DNA of 63,436 nt, counting the filler, from Reclinomonas americana ATCC 50394 (Eukaryota), in assembly GCA_048213135.1 (NCBI GenBank). It is 17 parts of 17 records of this genome, joined end to end, with 100 filler letters (N's around TTAATTAATTAA, not from the genome) between each part and the next. Parts side by side here need not be neighbours in the genome. Positions count along the whole stretch, not along the records: positions 11,473 to 15,419 come from AFZH01023053.1; positions 15,520 to 21,268 come from AFZH01023054.1; positions 21,369 to 24,120 come from AFZH01023055.1; positions 24,221 to 27,203 come from AFZH01023058.1; 13 more parts are not named here. One strand, given 5' to 3'. The notes below the pieces were generated by a model. It had not been told where the DNA came from. It made no database searches and worked only from the letters and a program-made list of their open reading frames with translations. The position numbers were made by a program, and so were the translations under genes. Below, piece after piece: positions 15,172-25,447 of this stretch; positions within the stretch are counted from its first letter, which is position 1; each line of letters opens with the position of its first letter.

Positions 15172-15189
15172 TTTTGATCTTTTTTTTTT
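15172..15189 (+). terminator. Oligo-T RNA polymerase III-type terminator after unit 5 (equivalent tracts at about 12897, 13457, 13962 and 14528)
   Basis: T4-T10 runs begin within about 3-8 nt of the closing helix in all five units. Confidence 0.65.
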
Positions 15190-15618
15190 GCCGGCCAAAC
15201 GAGCTGGGAGGGGAGGTGGTGATGACGAACGTGTGTAAAAATAGCATGCAGGTGAAAATGATGTGAAGCCTTCTGCAAACGAGATGCACCACCGGCCCCT
15301 CACCTACTACAGGACTTGGGGGCGTGTATCACCACTGCGTCCGAGCGATGCCGGTGTCGCCTGCTGCGCTGTACTCACAAACGTCGACGATATCGCGACG
15401 TTGATGATTTCCATCCCTCNNNNNNNNNNNNNNNNNNNNNNNNNNNNNNNNNNNNNNNNNNNNTTAATTAATTAANNNNNNNNNNNNNNNNNNNNNNNNN
15501 NNNNNNNNNNNNNNNNNNNTCTCTCTCTCTCTCACTCGCTCCGTTGTGCACACACCACTGCGTCCACCCATCCACCCTCCTTCGACACCTCCTTCTCTGC
15601 ACTTGCTGCAGTGAAGGC

Positions 15619-16956
15619 AATGCATTTCTCTCCGAGTTGTCCTCCACATCTCCACAATCTCACAATGCTGCGACCATCGGGCACGGTCTGCATCATCTCC
15701 TCCCTCTCGCTATTCTCTCTCTCTCTCACTCACTCCCTCTCCCTCTCTCACACACGCAGCACCCTCATCACCACGATGCCGGCGACGACGACGACACCGA
15801 AGAAGGCGGGAACCACTCCCGCTCGCGCTCCTCTTCCTCCTCCTCCACTCTCGATCGCTTCCGCTGGTGGTGCATTCTGCACGCCGTTCGCTGCCTCCGC
15901 ACACGACCACGCACCGTCTGCGCGATCGCCATTGTCACACTGCTCGGCCTGCTTGCGCTGCTCTTTTACGTCGTGCAGCCGTACTATGTCGCCTCTCGAT
16001 CGGCAACGAATGGTGTGCGTTCAACCACACCTCCTCTGTGCGCTGTCAAGTCGTCCGGCAGCGAACATCAGTTGCTGCTGGAGGCCGCGCACGTGCTGAC
16101 ACCACGTGGACTGGTGGTGGACGTGGGAGCGCGCGAGGGCGGGCTGTCGGTGATGGCGGCACTGCTGGGCCACGCAGTGGTGGCGGTGGAGTCGGACGCC
16201 ACGCTGCTGTCGGCATTGCCGGCGGCCGTGCAAAAATTCAACATTACGCGCCCGGTGCACACAGTGCACGCGACGCTGACGGCGCCGCTGAAGGACGTGC
16301 AGGTGGTAACGATTGACGATGCGGTGGAGCGAGGGGCGGATGGTGCCACGGGTGACAGCGCCATTACGTTGCTCAGCGTGCGCGGTCACGTGTCGACTGT
16401 GGATCGCGTGCTGGCCACGGCGGCGCGCACGCTGAAGCTGCGACGAGCGCCGCTGGTGTTGTTGGAGGTGGGCGCCAACGACGCTGCCGTGAATGCACTG
16501 CAGCTGGCCTCCGGCGCCGGCTACGAGGTGTACCTGCATCGGTGCCACTGGGGTGATCGTTCGTGGCTGCCGTACTCGTGCGCCGTCGACGCACCGACGC
16601 TTGTCGCCGGTCTGCTGAGCTCCGGCAATGCGCTGGCCGACGCCAAGTACGTGGCGCCCGAGCGTTTCGAGCATTTCATCGAGTTTGTGCGCCGTCAGGG
16701 CGGCGACGACACCTCCATCGCCGTCGCCGACGTGCTGCTATACAGACCACGCGACGCGCCACCCGTCGAGGCACATCCCAGCCTCTGCTACAATGCGCTC
16801 GAGTTCCGCCGCAAGCAGCCCGAGGACCTCCTCGAGGCGCTCGCCTCGCGACACCGTGTTGCTGACCCGCTGTGGAAGGCGGCCACGCGTGATCCGCTGG
16901 TGGAGCCCATGCAAGCCGTCGTGTTTGAGGCCGACTTGGTGAGAAGAGATGGATAA
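15619..16956 (+). CDS. Membrane-anchored FkbM-like SAM-dependent methyltransferase (start uncertain)
   Basis: TM segment (AIAIVTLLGLLALLFYVV), motif I VVDVGAREG, then VVAVESD, VVTIDD and LVLLE. Confidence 0.65.
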   Translation, partial: NAFLSELSSTSPQSHNAATIGHGLHHLLPLAILSLSHSLPLPLSHTQHPHHHDAGDDDDTEEGGNHSRSRSSSSSSTLDRFRWWCILHAVRCLRTRPRTVCAIAIVTLLGLLALLFYVVQPYYVASRSATNGVRSTTPPLCAVKSSGSEHQLLLEAAHVLTPRGLVVDVGAREGGLSVMAALLGHAVVAVESDATLLSALPAAVQKFNITRPVHTVHATLTAPLKDVQVVTIDDAVERGADGATGDSAITLLSVRGHVSTVDRVLATAARTLKLRRAPLVLLEVGANDAAVNALQLASGAGYEVYLHRCHWGDRSWLPYSCAVDAPTLVAGLLSSGNALADAKYVAPERFEHFIEFVRRQGGDDTSIAVADVLLYRPRDAPPVEAHPSLCYNALEFRRKQPEDLLEALASRHRVADPLWKAATRDPLVEPMQAVVFEADLVRRDG

Positions 16957-16984
16957 ACAAAGGCGCGCACTCCATGTTTGTTTT

Positions 16985-17495
16985 TTACTCCTTGTCGCTT
17001 TTGATCGTGAGCGCCGAGTCCTTGAAGTTCCACCAGCTGCAGGCGACGCAGGAAGAGAAGGGGAAGTGAGGCGCTCGTGATCGTGAAAGAGAAGCAGACT
17101 AGGGGGGATTGACTGACCGGAGCGAGTCGTCTTGCGTCTGTGCGTACAGCACAGCACAGCGATACACGTACAACACACCTGCGCAGTGTGAACTCCTGGC
17201 GTGCGCTGACACTGTGATCACATGACTCACATCGATCAACATGCGCGCCCTCCATCTTCTCCATCCTCTCATACATGCACTGTGGATCCGCGCCATTCAG
17301 ACTCTCCAGTGTGTCATAGCCGAGGCGATGGAGGTCCTCTGCCATGCGCTTGCCCACACCCGGAATGCGCTGCAACTCGTCGTCGGTCTTTTGTCGCTTG
17401 CGGCCGTGTTTCTTGTCGTCGCGCACAGGCGAGGTGCGCGGGGAGGAGGGAGGCTCACGTTTCACTGCTCGCGCGCGGGGGCGACCACTCGACAT
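16985..17495 (-). CDS. Cdd1/McrB-like helix-hairpin-helix protein with introns
   Basis: LQRIPGVGKRMAEDLHRLG...DPQCMYERM...VDRC | VLYVYRCAV | ...WWNFKD resembles the bacterial Cdd1 'pathogenicity locus' family. Confidence 0.75.
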
Positions 17496-18070
17496 TGGCG
17501 GCCGCGGGGCTTCGCTTTCAGAGAGTCATGAATGCGCGAACGCGAGCAGCAGGACGCGCTCGCTGTTTGTCAAGCAACGACGGCCTCTCTCGTGTGGGCA
17601 TTGACAAAGGCAGGCAGCGGAGACGGATGCTCGTCGTGCTGCCACAGTGAGCGCCCACTCAGTACTTTTGCAAGACTGACTGATATCGCGACGTCGACGT
17701 TTAAATTTGTGTTGCAATCTGCAGACCGGCCGAGGGCACGTCGCACAGTGATGAACGCAGAGATCTCCGCAGTGCAAATGTTGGCTGCTGGCACGCAACG
17801 ACCCCGCACGCAACCCGCAAGAGATTCTCCGAACAATCGCTTCCTGTTCGGAATGCTGCAAGCTCGTGCCGGCGGTCACTTCTGCCAACTGCGAGTCTCC
17901 CGAAGCACGCGCACGCAGCGGTAGAACCCTGCAGAAACGCAAAAGCTCGCAGTGTCGGCGCGCATTTAGACAACTCCGTGTCCACAAAGAACATTTCTTT
18001 CTTTTGGGTTCCAACATTCTTTCTATCCTCGCCCGAGAGAGCTCACCACCACCACACCCTCACACACATC

Positions 18071-19017
18071 ATGACTCGCACTATTGTCGTTATCGGAGCC
18101 ACCGGAGATGTGGGGTTCGTTAGAAATCTCAAAGCTGATTTCTCTTCCACACTCTCTCTCACTGCGATCGTGCATGCAGTCGTGGCATTGTGGGCGTCCT
18201 CCTCGCTGCTGGTCACCACGTGATTGCTGTCGGTCGCGATGCCGGTCGCGTGGCCGAAGTCGGCGCCGCGTTCTCGGCTTCCGAGTCACAGTTCAAGGTA
18301 ATCCTCGCCCCACAACACGCATGCATGTTCTTACTCGCGCTCACTGTGTGTGTGTGTGCGTTGCATGCAGGCGGTGGCTGGCTCAGTGGCCAGTGATGCT
18401 GATGCCCAGGCACTCGCCGAGCAGCTGACTGCCGCTGCACCGGGAGGAGTTGCGCACGAGCGACCGACGGTTTCTGTGCCACTCTCTCGTCTGCTCCACT
18501 CACACCTCGTTTGCTGCATGCGCAGATCGACGCCATCATCACCAGCGTCAACACCGCGCGTCCACCTGCGCTGCTGTCGGAGATGTCGAGCGAGAGGCTG
18601 GCGGAGCTGATTGACGGCAACGTCTTGTCGCACTTTGCCGCCGTGAAGGCCCTCGTGCCGATCCTGGCCGAGGGTGGCACCTACCTGGCCATTGGCGGTG
18701 GCGCGTGCGACTGGGCATGGCCGATGTTCGGCTACATCTCGCTGAGCCAGGCGGCGCTGCGCATGATGTTCCGCGTGCTGGTCGACGAGTACAAGACGAG
18801 CAAGCCGCACGTGCGCATTGTGGAGCTCATCCTCTACGCCATGATCGCCGGCGAGAGCAACCGCGCGGCCATTGCCGCCAACCCCAACGCCATCTCCGAC
18901 GAGGAGGTCGGCCGTCACGTGCTGGCCGTGCTCGACAACCCGGCGGCCTTTGCCGACGAGGCGCCCATCCTGGCCCTCAAGAGCCGCGATCAGGTCGGCA
19001 AGTCGCTGGCCCACTGA
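18071..19017 (+). CDS. Short-chain dehydrogenase/reductase-like oxidoreductase, paralog 1 (3 introns)
   Basis: MTRTIVVIGATGDVG|RGIV..LLAAGHHVIAVGRD Rossmann motif; C-terminal ORF 18511-19017. Confidence 0.85.
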
Positions 19018-19335
19018 GAATACTCACAAGTGAAACATAGCATGTCAAATCCATGCTTGTCATGAGCCGTGGTTTCTCTTGCAGAAACGCCAGCATTAGC
19101 CATCTCGACTTTTTCTCGCTTTTTTTCGTGATGTCTGAGTTTCTGGTGCTCACTCGAGATGGTGATCATCATGCAGCTGTGTTGCTGTTTGGATTAGTAA
19201 AGTTGTTGTTGACGATGGTCCATTCCATGCCAGTTGTCGCCAATATCAAGCTCGACGTTGCTTGTTCGGTCGCGACCGGTCCTCCGTCACTCAATTCATC
19301 GTCGTCTCACGCACGCAAGAACACACACACACGAA

Positions 19336-20267
19336 ATGCCACGCACCATTGTCGTCATTGGAGCCACGGGAGATGTCGGGTGTGTATGAGGAGAAGGAGA
19401 GTTGTGCAAAAAAACCCGGCCATGCTGCTGACGAGTATTTCTCCGCGTTTTTGTGTGCAGACGCGGCATTGTGGGCGCACTGCTTGCCGCCGGTGAGCAT
19501 GTGATCGCCGTCGGTCGTGACGTCACCCGCCTCGAGGCCATTGGCGCTGCGTTCTCTGCCAGTGCGCCGCAGTTCAAGGTGAGATGCGCGCGCATGCATA
19601 TTGCTGTCGACACTGTCACTCGGGTCTCACTCTTGTAGACTGTGGTGGGCTCGGTGGCCAACGACGCCGACGCTGCTGCGCTTGCCGAGCAGCTGAAGGC
19701 CGCTGCGCCAGAGGGAGTTGCGCTCACTCACTCACCCTCGCTCCTTCTCGCGCAGCACTGCTCACGCGATCACAGATCGACGCCATTGTCACCAGCGTGA
19801 ACTCGCCACGCGGGCCCGCACGCCTCATTGACATACCAACGGAAAAGGTGTCGCAGCTGCTCGACAGCAACGTGCTGGTGCACTTGGCGGCCGCCAAGGC
19901 GCTGGTGCCAGTGCTCGCCCCCGGCGGCACGTACTTGTCGATTGGTGGCGGTGCGTGCGAGTTTGTGTGGCCCAACTTTGGCATCCTGTCGATCGGGCAG
20001 TCGGCACAGCGCATGATGTTCCGCGTCCTCGCCGGCGAGTTCCACGACAGCCACCCGGGCGTGCACGTGTGGGAGCTCATCCTCTTTGCGTTTATCGTCG
20101 GTGAGAGCAATCGCCACACGGATGCGGCGCACGCTCCGCATTCGATGACCGATGAGGAGGTCGGTCGGCATGTGGCCGCCATCCTCTCGGAGCCCGAGGC
20201 CTTTGCCACCGAGGCTCCCATTCTCCAGCTCAAGAGCCGTGAGCAGATCGGAAAGCCCTTCCAGTGA
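19336..20267 (+). CDS. Short-chain dehydrogenase/reductase-like oxidoreductase, paralog 2 (3 introns at the same positions)
   Basis: MPRTIVVIGATGDVG|RGIVGALLAAGEHVIAVGRD; colinear with paralog 1. Confidence 0.85.
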
Positions 20268-20661
20268 GAGAAGGAAGAGTGAGAGAGGGAAGCGCTCTGC
20301 TGCAGTGAAGCGCATGATCCTGCATGCAGATGGACAGCTGCATCTTTGAATCTCTCTCTCTCTCTCTCTTTTCCAGAGATGGACAGTTTGCGGCACGAGC
20401 GTCTGTCCACTGCCGTCCCGCCAAAACCGCCTTTCCCGTGACACTTGAGCGCTCGACTCCGCGCGCCCTGTCGCCCTCACTCACACACACGCACACACGC
20501 CAGCGAACGCACCGCGCCTGGTGAGAGCAGCGAGCGAATCTGACAATCGCGCGCGCGCGTGTGTGAAAAAACGAAGTTGAGACGACATCTCGCCCTTTGC
20601 TGTGCGCCATCGTGTTTGTAGACTCGCGCTCTCTCACACACACGCGCACTCTCACGCTCAG

Positions 20662-21268
20662 ATGGAAGGCTTTGGTGGTGGCGACGGCCGCTCGTTTCTC
20701 GATGCCGACCCGGATTTTGATTGTGGCCCATCCCCGTCGAATCACCTAATCACTCCCACTGGTGCTTCCTCGGCTGCCGCTGCGGCTGCGGCTGCGGCTG
20801 CAAGTGGCAATACAGGTGGAGGCATTCCTCCAGGACAAGGACGTGGCGGCGGCGGTGGTGGTGGCGTGACAGCACCCACGCCGCAGTTCATGTTGTTGAC
20901 GTCGCCGTCGGTGGTCACGCCGACGTCGCTGGGCATGGAGTCGTCGCTGCAGATGATGATGATGCATCAGCAACAGCAACAGCAGCAGCAACAGCAGCAG
21001 CAGTTCGGCATTCCGTCGGATGCACCGCCGCCGCCGCCGCCTCCGCCGTCGGCTGCTCCCTCGACTGCCATGATGATGATGATGGGCACGTCGCCGCACC
21101 ATCAGCAGCAGCAACAGCAGCAGCAGCAGTCGCACACCATGTCGCCGTTGCATGATGCGCCACGGAGTCCACCGTCGCCGCGAAGTGCGAGGGACATGGG
21201 ACTGCGGATTGCGGTGCCGATGCGCTCCAGTGAGGCGCCGTCACCGCCGCATCAACAGCAGCAGCAGC
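20662..21268 (+). CDS. N-terminus of a Q/P/G-rich low-complexity protein (truncated)
   Basis: Open frame from ATG 20662 to the contig end with polyQ, polyA and polyP tracts. Confidence 0.5.
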
Positions 21269-21368
21269 NNNNNNNNNNNNNNNNNNNNNNNNNNNNNNNN
21301 NNNNNNNNNNNNTTAATTAATTAANNNNNNNNNNNNNNNNNNNNNNNNNNNNNNNNNNNNNNNNNNNN

Positions 21369-22055
21369 GTCGCGGACGACCCGGCCCAACATCGTGCGGA
21401 TCGCCCTGAGCGCCCGGTTGGCCCGGTTGAACTGTTTGGCGTGGGCATAGCGCTGGTGGGCGATCAGCGCATGCTTGCCGACCCGCGCGTAGCTCTGGCG
21501 CAGATCGAGGCCGAGCTTCCTGGCCAGGCGCACCAGCCGCTCGCGGGCCTTGTGCATCAGCCTGGCGTCGGTCGGGAAGGCGATCGCCTTCTCCTGGACC
21601 GTGGTGTCGACGATGACGCGGGTGAAATCGGCGGGCCTGGCCGCGCCGGTCTTGACGGCGACCGCCAGGCTTTCCTGTACCAGGGCGGCCAAGCGGTCCT
21701 CGCCCATGCGCTGGCGCCAGCGGGTCAGCGAGGAGCGATCGAAGGGCAGGTCGTGCCGGAAAAACGCCTCGCCGCAAAAGAACTGGAAATACGGGTTCTC
21801 GACCCAGCGCTCGCACAGCGCCTCGTCGGACAGATCGTGCATGTGCTTGAGGATGGCCAGGCCCGCCATCAACCGTGTCGGCAGCGGCGGGCGACCGGGG
21901 GCATCGGAATAGACCGTACCGAACGACCGCTCCAGGAAGCTCCAATCGATCGTCCGTGCCAGCCTGACCAAGGCATGGTCGAGGGCAATGATCTGGTCGA
22001 GCCGGGCTCGGAACAGATCGCGTTGTCCCTCTTCGACAGGCTCTTTCGGCCGCAT
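21369..22055 (-). mobile_element. IS5-family transposase (3' end truncated by gap)
   Basis: DLFRARLDQII, GRPPLPTRLMAGL, LSDEALCERWVENPYFQFFCGE and VIVDTTVQEKAIAFPTD motifs. Confidence 0.92.
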
Positions 22056-22324
22056 CCAAGCCTCCCCATCGCCGCCCAGGACAGCGATGGAATCACGCCG
22101 ACGCGCTGAGCGCAAATTGCAGGAAAACCCCCGCCCAGCAGGCCAAAACCGGCGAAAACGAATACTGGGATCCCGATGTTCCCAGCGCAATATCAACGGT
22201 TTGGCCGTTGTTCACGGGCGACTGCATAGATTCGATGCCTAGCCATCGGCCCTCACGCCTTTGGTCGACTATAACCTACACCGTTGCCGAGCTCACTAGC
22301 TGGTTCATGCGTTATCGCGCGAAG

Positions 22325-22528
22325 TCACGATGCGCGAAACAGCACGCGAAGCTGCGGTGGTTTGGGGAACGCCATCGTCTGGCCGGGAACCGGCAGGATC
22401 GAGATGATCCGGTCGGCGTCGATACCGTGCACCGCGAGGGCAGCATTCAGGGCATCGAGCGATGACTCGGTGACGATCTCATCGACCAGGCCGACTTGAT
22501 TTGACAATGTCGTCTTCAGCTTCTGCAT
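22325..22528 (-). CDS. Small hypothetical protein (bacterial)
   Basis: 67-aa ORF MQKLKTT... with a purine-rich RBS-like sequence upstream. Confidence 0.5.
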   Translation of the reverse strand: MQKLKTTLSNQVGLVDEIVTESSLDALNAALAVHGIDADRIISILPVPGQTMAFPKPPQLRVLFRAS

Positions 22529-22757
22529 ACGGAGGCCCCTTTGTACATCGGAGACAACAATCTCCCTGGAGCCAAATATGTGAGAGCAGAAATTCAGCCG
22601 GAATGAGGCATGCGATAATCGATATGCTTCAGAAATCGAAGCAAAACGCTCCGCATTTTTGCGCGAAGCCGTCGTTGACGGGCGATTGCTCACGGAAACG
22701 GAAGTGATCTCAAATTTTCCTGATGCTAACCTGCGCGATCAATGGCAGGTTGAATCA

Positions 22758-23591
22758 ATGATCTATCGCATTTTAAGGGTCGCCATCGCAACAGGAGGTC
22801 TCGCCGGGCTCAACGTGTCGGCGCAGGCACAGGAATCCGCATTTACGCCAGCGGGGCTCTGGGATCGCTACCTTGCGGGAAGTTGGTCGTTGAGCCTGGG
22901 CGCCCAGGCGACTTTTGGTCCGCGCTACGAGGGCGCCAAGGCCATGAGCTTTCAGCCCCTGCCGATGATCTCGCTGGGACGCTCGGGTGTCGGTCCGGCA
23001 TTCTCCTCCCAAAACGGCAATCCGGGCTTTGCGGTGTTCGACGATGGATTCGTCCGTGTCGGCCCCGTCGGAAAGATTCTGTTCGAACGCAATGCCTCGA
23101 CGGATCACGACCTGCGTGGGCTGAAGCCCGTGCCATGGGGCGGCGAAGCCGGCATCTTCGTCGACATCTACCCCGCCAGCTGGATGCGCCTGCGCGCGGA
23201 AGTCCGTCACGGAATTCGCGCCCATCACGGCGTGGTGGCCGATTTCGCGGCGGATGCCTTCTATGATTTCGCGCCGAACTGGCGGATTTCCGGCGGGCCC
23301 CGCGCCTCTCTGGCCACGCGCAGCTACTATCAGGCCTACTACGAGGTCAGCCTGGGAGAGTCAGTCACATCGGGCCTCAGCCCCTATTCGCCGGGCGGCG
23401 GCCTCAAGTCCCTCGGAGTCGGCGGCGCCCTCACCTGGAAGGCGACGGACAAGATCACCACTAGTGTCTTTGCCGAGTACAGCCGCCTGATGGGCCCGGC
23501 CGCTCAGTCGAGCCTAGTCCGCGAGCGTGGCTCGAAGGATCAGCTCACGATCGGGCTATCGGCGACCTACCGCTTCGACTTCTCGCTGTAG
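22758..23591 (+). CDS. MipA/OmpV-family outer membrane protein
   Basis: Signal peptide (SAQA), P.YEG motif, YYQAYYEVS, YSPGGG and a C-terminal beta strand ATYRF. Confidence 0.88.
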   Translation: MIYRILRVAIATGGLAGLNVSAQAQESAFTPAGLWDRYLAGSWSLSLGAQATFGPRYEGAKAMSFQPLPMISLGRSGVGPAFSSQNGNPGFAVFDDGFVRVGPVGKILFERNASTDHDLRGLKPVPWGGEAGIFVDIYPASWMRLRAEVRHGIRAHHGVVADFAADAFYDFAPNWRISGGPRASLATRSYYQAYYEVSLGESVTSGLSPYSPGGGLKSLGVGGALTWKATDKITTSVFAEYSRLMGPAAQSSLVRERGSKDQLTIGLSATYRFDFSL

Positions 23592-23667
23592 CAAATGAGG
23601 CGCTCAGCCCCAGGCCTGACAATCCCCTGTCGCTGCAGCTCGAACACGAAAATCGCCAGCGTCGCAG

Positions 23668-23886
23668 CTAGTCGGCTACTTTCCGGTACCGCTCGAGCGC
23701 GCGCTTGACCAATTCCGTCTCATCGACCGCGACAGGAGCCAGGCTCGCCACGATCGCGGCAAGTCTTGTCCGCTCGCGCTCACGGACCTCGTCAGCCAGA
23801 CCAGCCCTGGCCACCTCCCACGCGGCATCCAAAGCGGCCTGGGATCGCGCGACATCGACAGGATCGTTCAGAGACGAGAACGGCAT
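23668..23886 (-). CDS. Small hypothetical protein (alphaproteobacterial type)
   Basis: ORF MPFSSLNDPVDVARSQAALDAAW... preceded by GAGG. Confidence 0.6.
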   Translation of the reverse strand: MPFSSLNDPVDVARSQAALDAAWEVARAGLADEVRERERTRLAAIVASLAPVAVDETELVKRALERYRKVAD

Positions 23887-24000
23887 GGACCTCAACTATC
23901 CGACGATCAGGCCGAAAGAACGACACGAGCAGCCTGATCAGGCAGCGCGATCAGCGCCAGCAGGTGGGTCGGCGTCCAGTTGGCGCTGCGCCAAGAGGCA

Positions 24001-24037
24001 TTGACTCGCATTCGAAATATGAGAACATATAGAGAAC
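24001..24037 (+). promoter_or_regulatory. Promoter with an alphaproteobacterial LexA box (GAAC-N7-GAAC, 24023-24037) upstream of a truncated gene starting at 24078
   Basis: TTGACT -35-like hexamer at 24001; GAAC-ATATAGA-GAAC overlapping the -10 region; AAGGAG RBS before ATG 24078. Confidence 0.7.
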
Positions 24038-24220
24038 AATAGGCCTAAGGAGCCGAGGCTGGGGTTCACCAAGGAGAATGATGATGCTCGACACACCCAG
24101 TCTCCAGCAGTCGCCCCCAANNNNNNNNNNNNNNNNNNNNNNNNNNNNNNNNNNNNNNNNNNNNTTAATTAATTAANNNNNNNNNNNNNNNNNNNNNNNN
24201 NNNNNNNNNNNNNNNNNNNN

Positions 24221-25446
24221 GCGTCGTCGCCGCCCAGGGCGAGGTCAAGGTCAAGCCCTGGCTGCCGCCGGGCAGCAATCTCAACAACCAGGACCCGCTG
24301 CCCAAGCTCGTGCTGAATTTCGAGGAGCGCGAGATCAAGGAGACCGATCTGCCGCTCGTCGCCTATGGTGACATGCTGTTCGACAGCCCGCTCATTTTCG
24401 GAGAGCCGGCGCGTTCGCTCGGCCTCGCCTGTTCGAGCTGCCACAACCGCAGCGACGTCAACCAGACCTTCTTCATCCCGGGCATCAGCCACCAGAAGGG
24501 CGCCATCGACACACGCGGCTCCTTCTTCAACCCGTTGTTCAACGATCGCCGCCGCGGGAGCCTCGACATTCCCTCGCTGCGCGGCCTGCGCTTCACCGCC
24601 CCATACGGCCGCGATGGTCGCTTCGGCAGCCTGCGCGACTTTACCCGCAACGTCATCGTCAGCGAGTTCGCCGGCAACGAGCCGACGCCCTTCATGCTCG
24701 ACGCGCTCGTGGCTTACATGCTCGAATTCGATTTCCTGCCCAATGACAAGCTCGACAAGCGCGGAGGGCTGACCGAAAAGGCCTCGGCCTCGGCCGTGCG
24801 GGGCGCAAAGCTGTTCCGCAAGCCGTTCCCGCAGATGGACGGCAAGGCCTGCGCCACTTGCCACATCCCCTCGGCCAATTTCCTCGACCGGCAGGCGCAT
24901 GATATCGGCTCAGCCAGGCCGAGCTATGAGGGCGGCCGCGACGGCGCCTTCGACACGCCGACCTTGCTCGGCGCCAAGTTCACGGCACCTTATTTCCACG
25001 ACGGCTCGCTGCCGACGCTGGCGAGCGTCGTCGACTGGTTCAACGACCGCTACAAGCTCAAGCTTCGCAAGTCGGAACTGGCCGACCTGACCGCCTATCT
25101 CGAGACCATCGGCGACGCCAATGAGCCCTATCAGAAATTCGAGGGCCGCAAGACCAAGTTCCGGCTCAATTGGGAGGAACTGACCACCTTCGCCTCGACC
25201 TTCGAGACGCTGTTGCCCAAGCGCGACGCCAAGCACGCCGATCTGATGCTGGAAACGGTCGCGACCGATCTCGCCGCCGACGCCAGCGGCATGACCAATG
25301 CGGCGGCCAAGCCCAAGGTCTATGAAGTCGCCGGATATCTCAGCGACACGCGCAAGGCGATCGTCGCCGACGACTGGGCCGCGGCCGAGAAGAGCTGGGC
25401 GCGGTTCAAGGAATTCCAGGCGAAATACGACGAGGAGATGTATTGA
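24221..25446 (+). CDS. Di-haem cytochrome c peroxidase/MauG-like protein (5' truncated)
   Basis: Two CxxCH motifs (CSSCH, CATCH), IPSLRG..FTAPYGRDG and TPTLLG..TAPYFHDGS. Confidence 0.85.
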
Positions 25447-25447
25447 G

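Noticed and set aside
12741..15189. CRISPR array or protein-coding repeat
   Set aside because: Units are over 500 bp with homologous spacers, there are no cas genes, and no reading frame is conserved across units.
21269..21368. Bacterium-to-eukaryote transfer junction
   Set aside because: The boundary coincides with a linker, so there is no contiguous junction.
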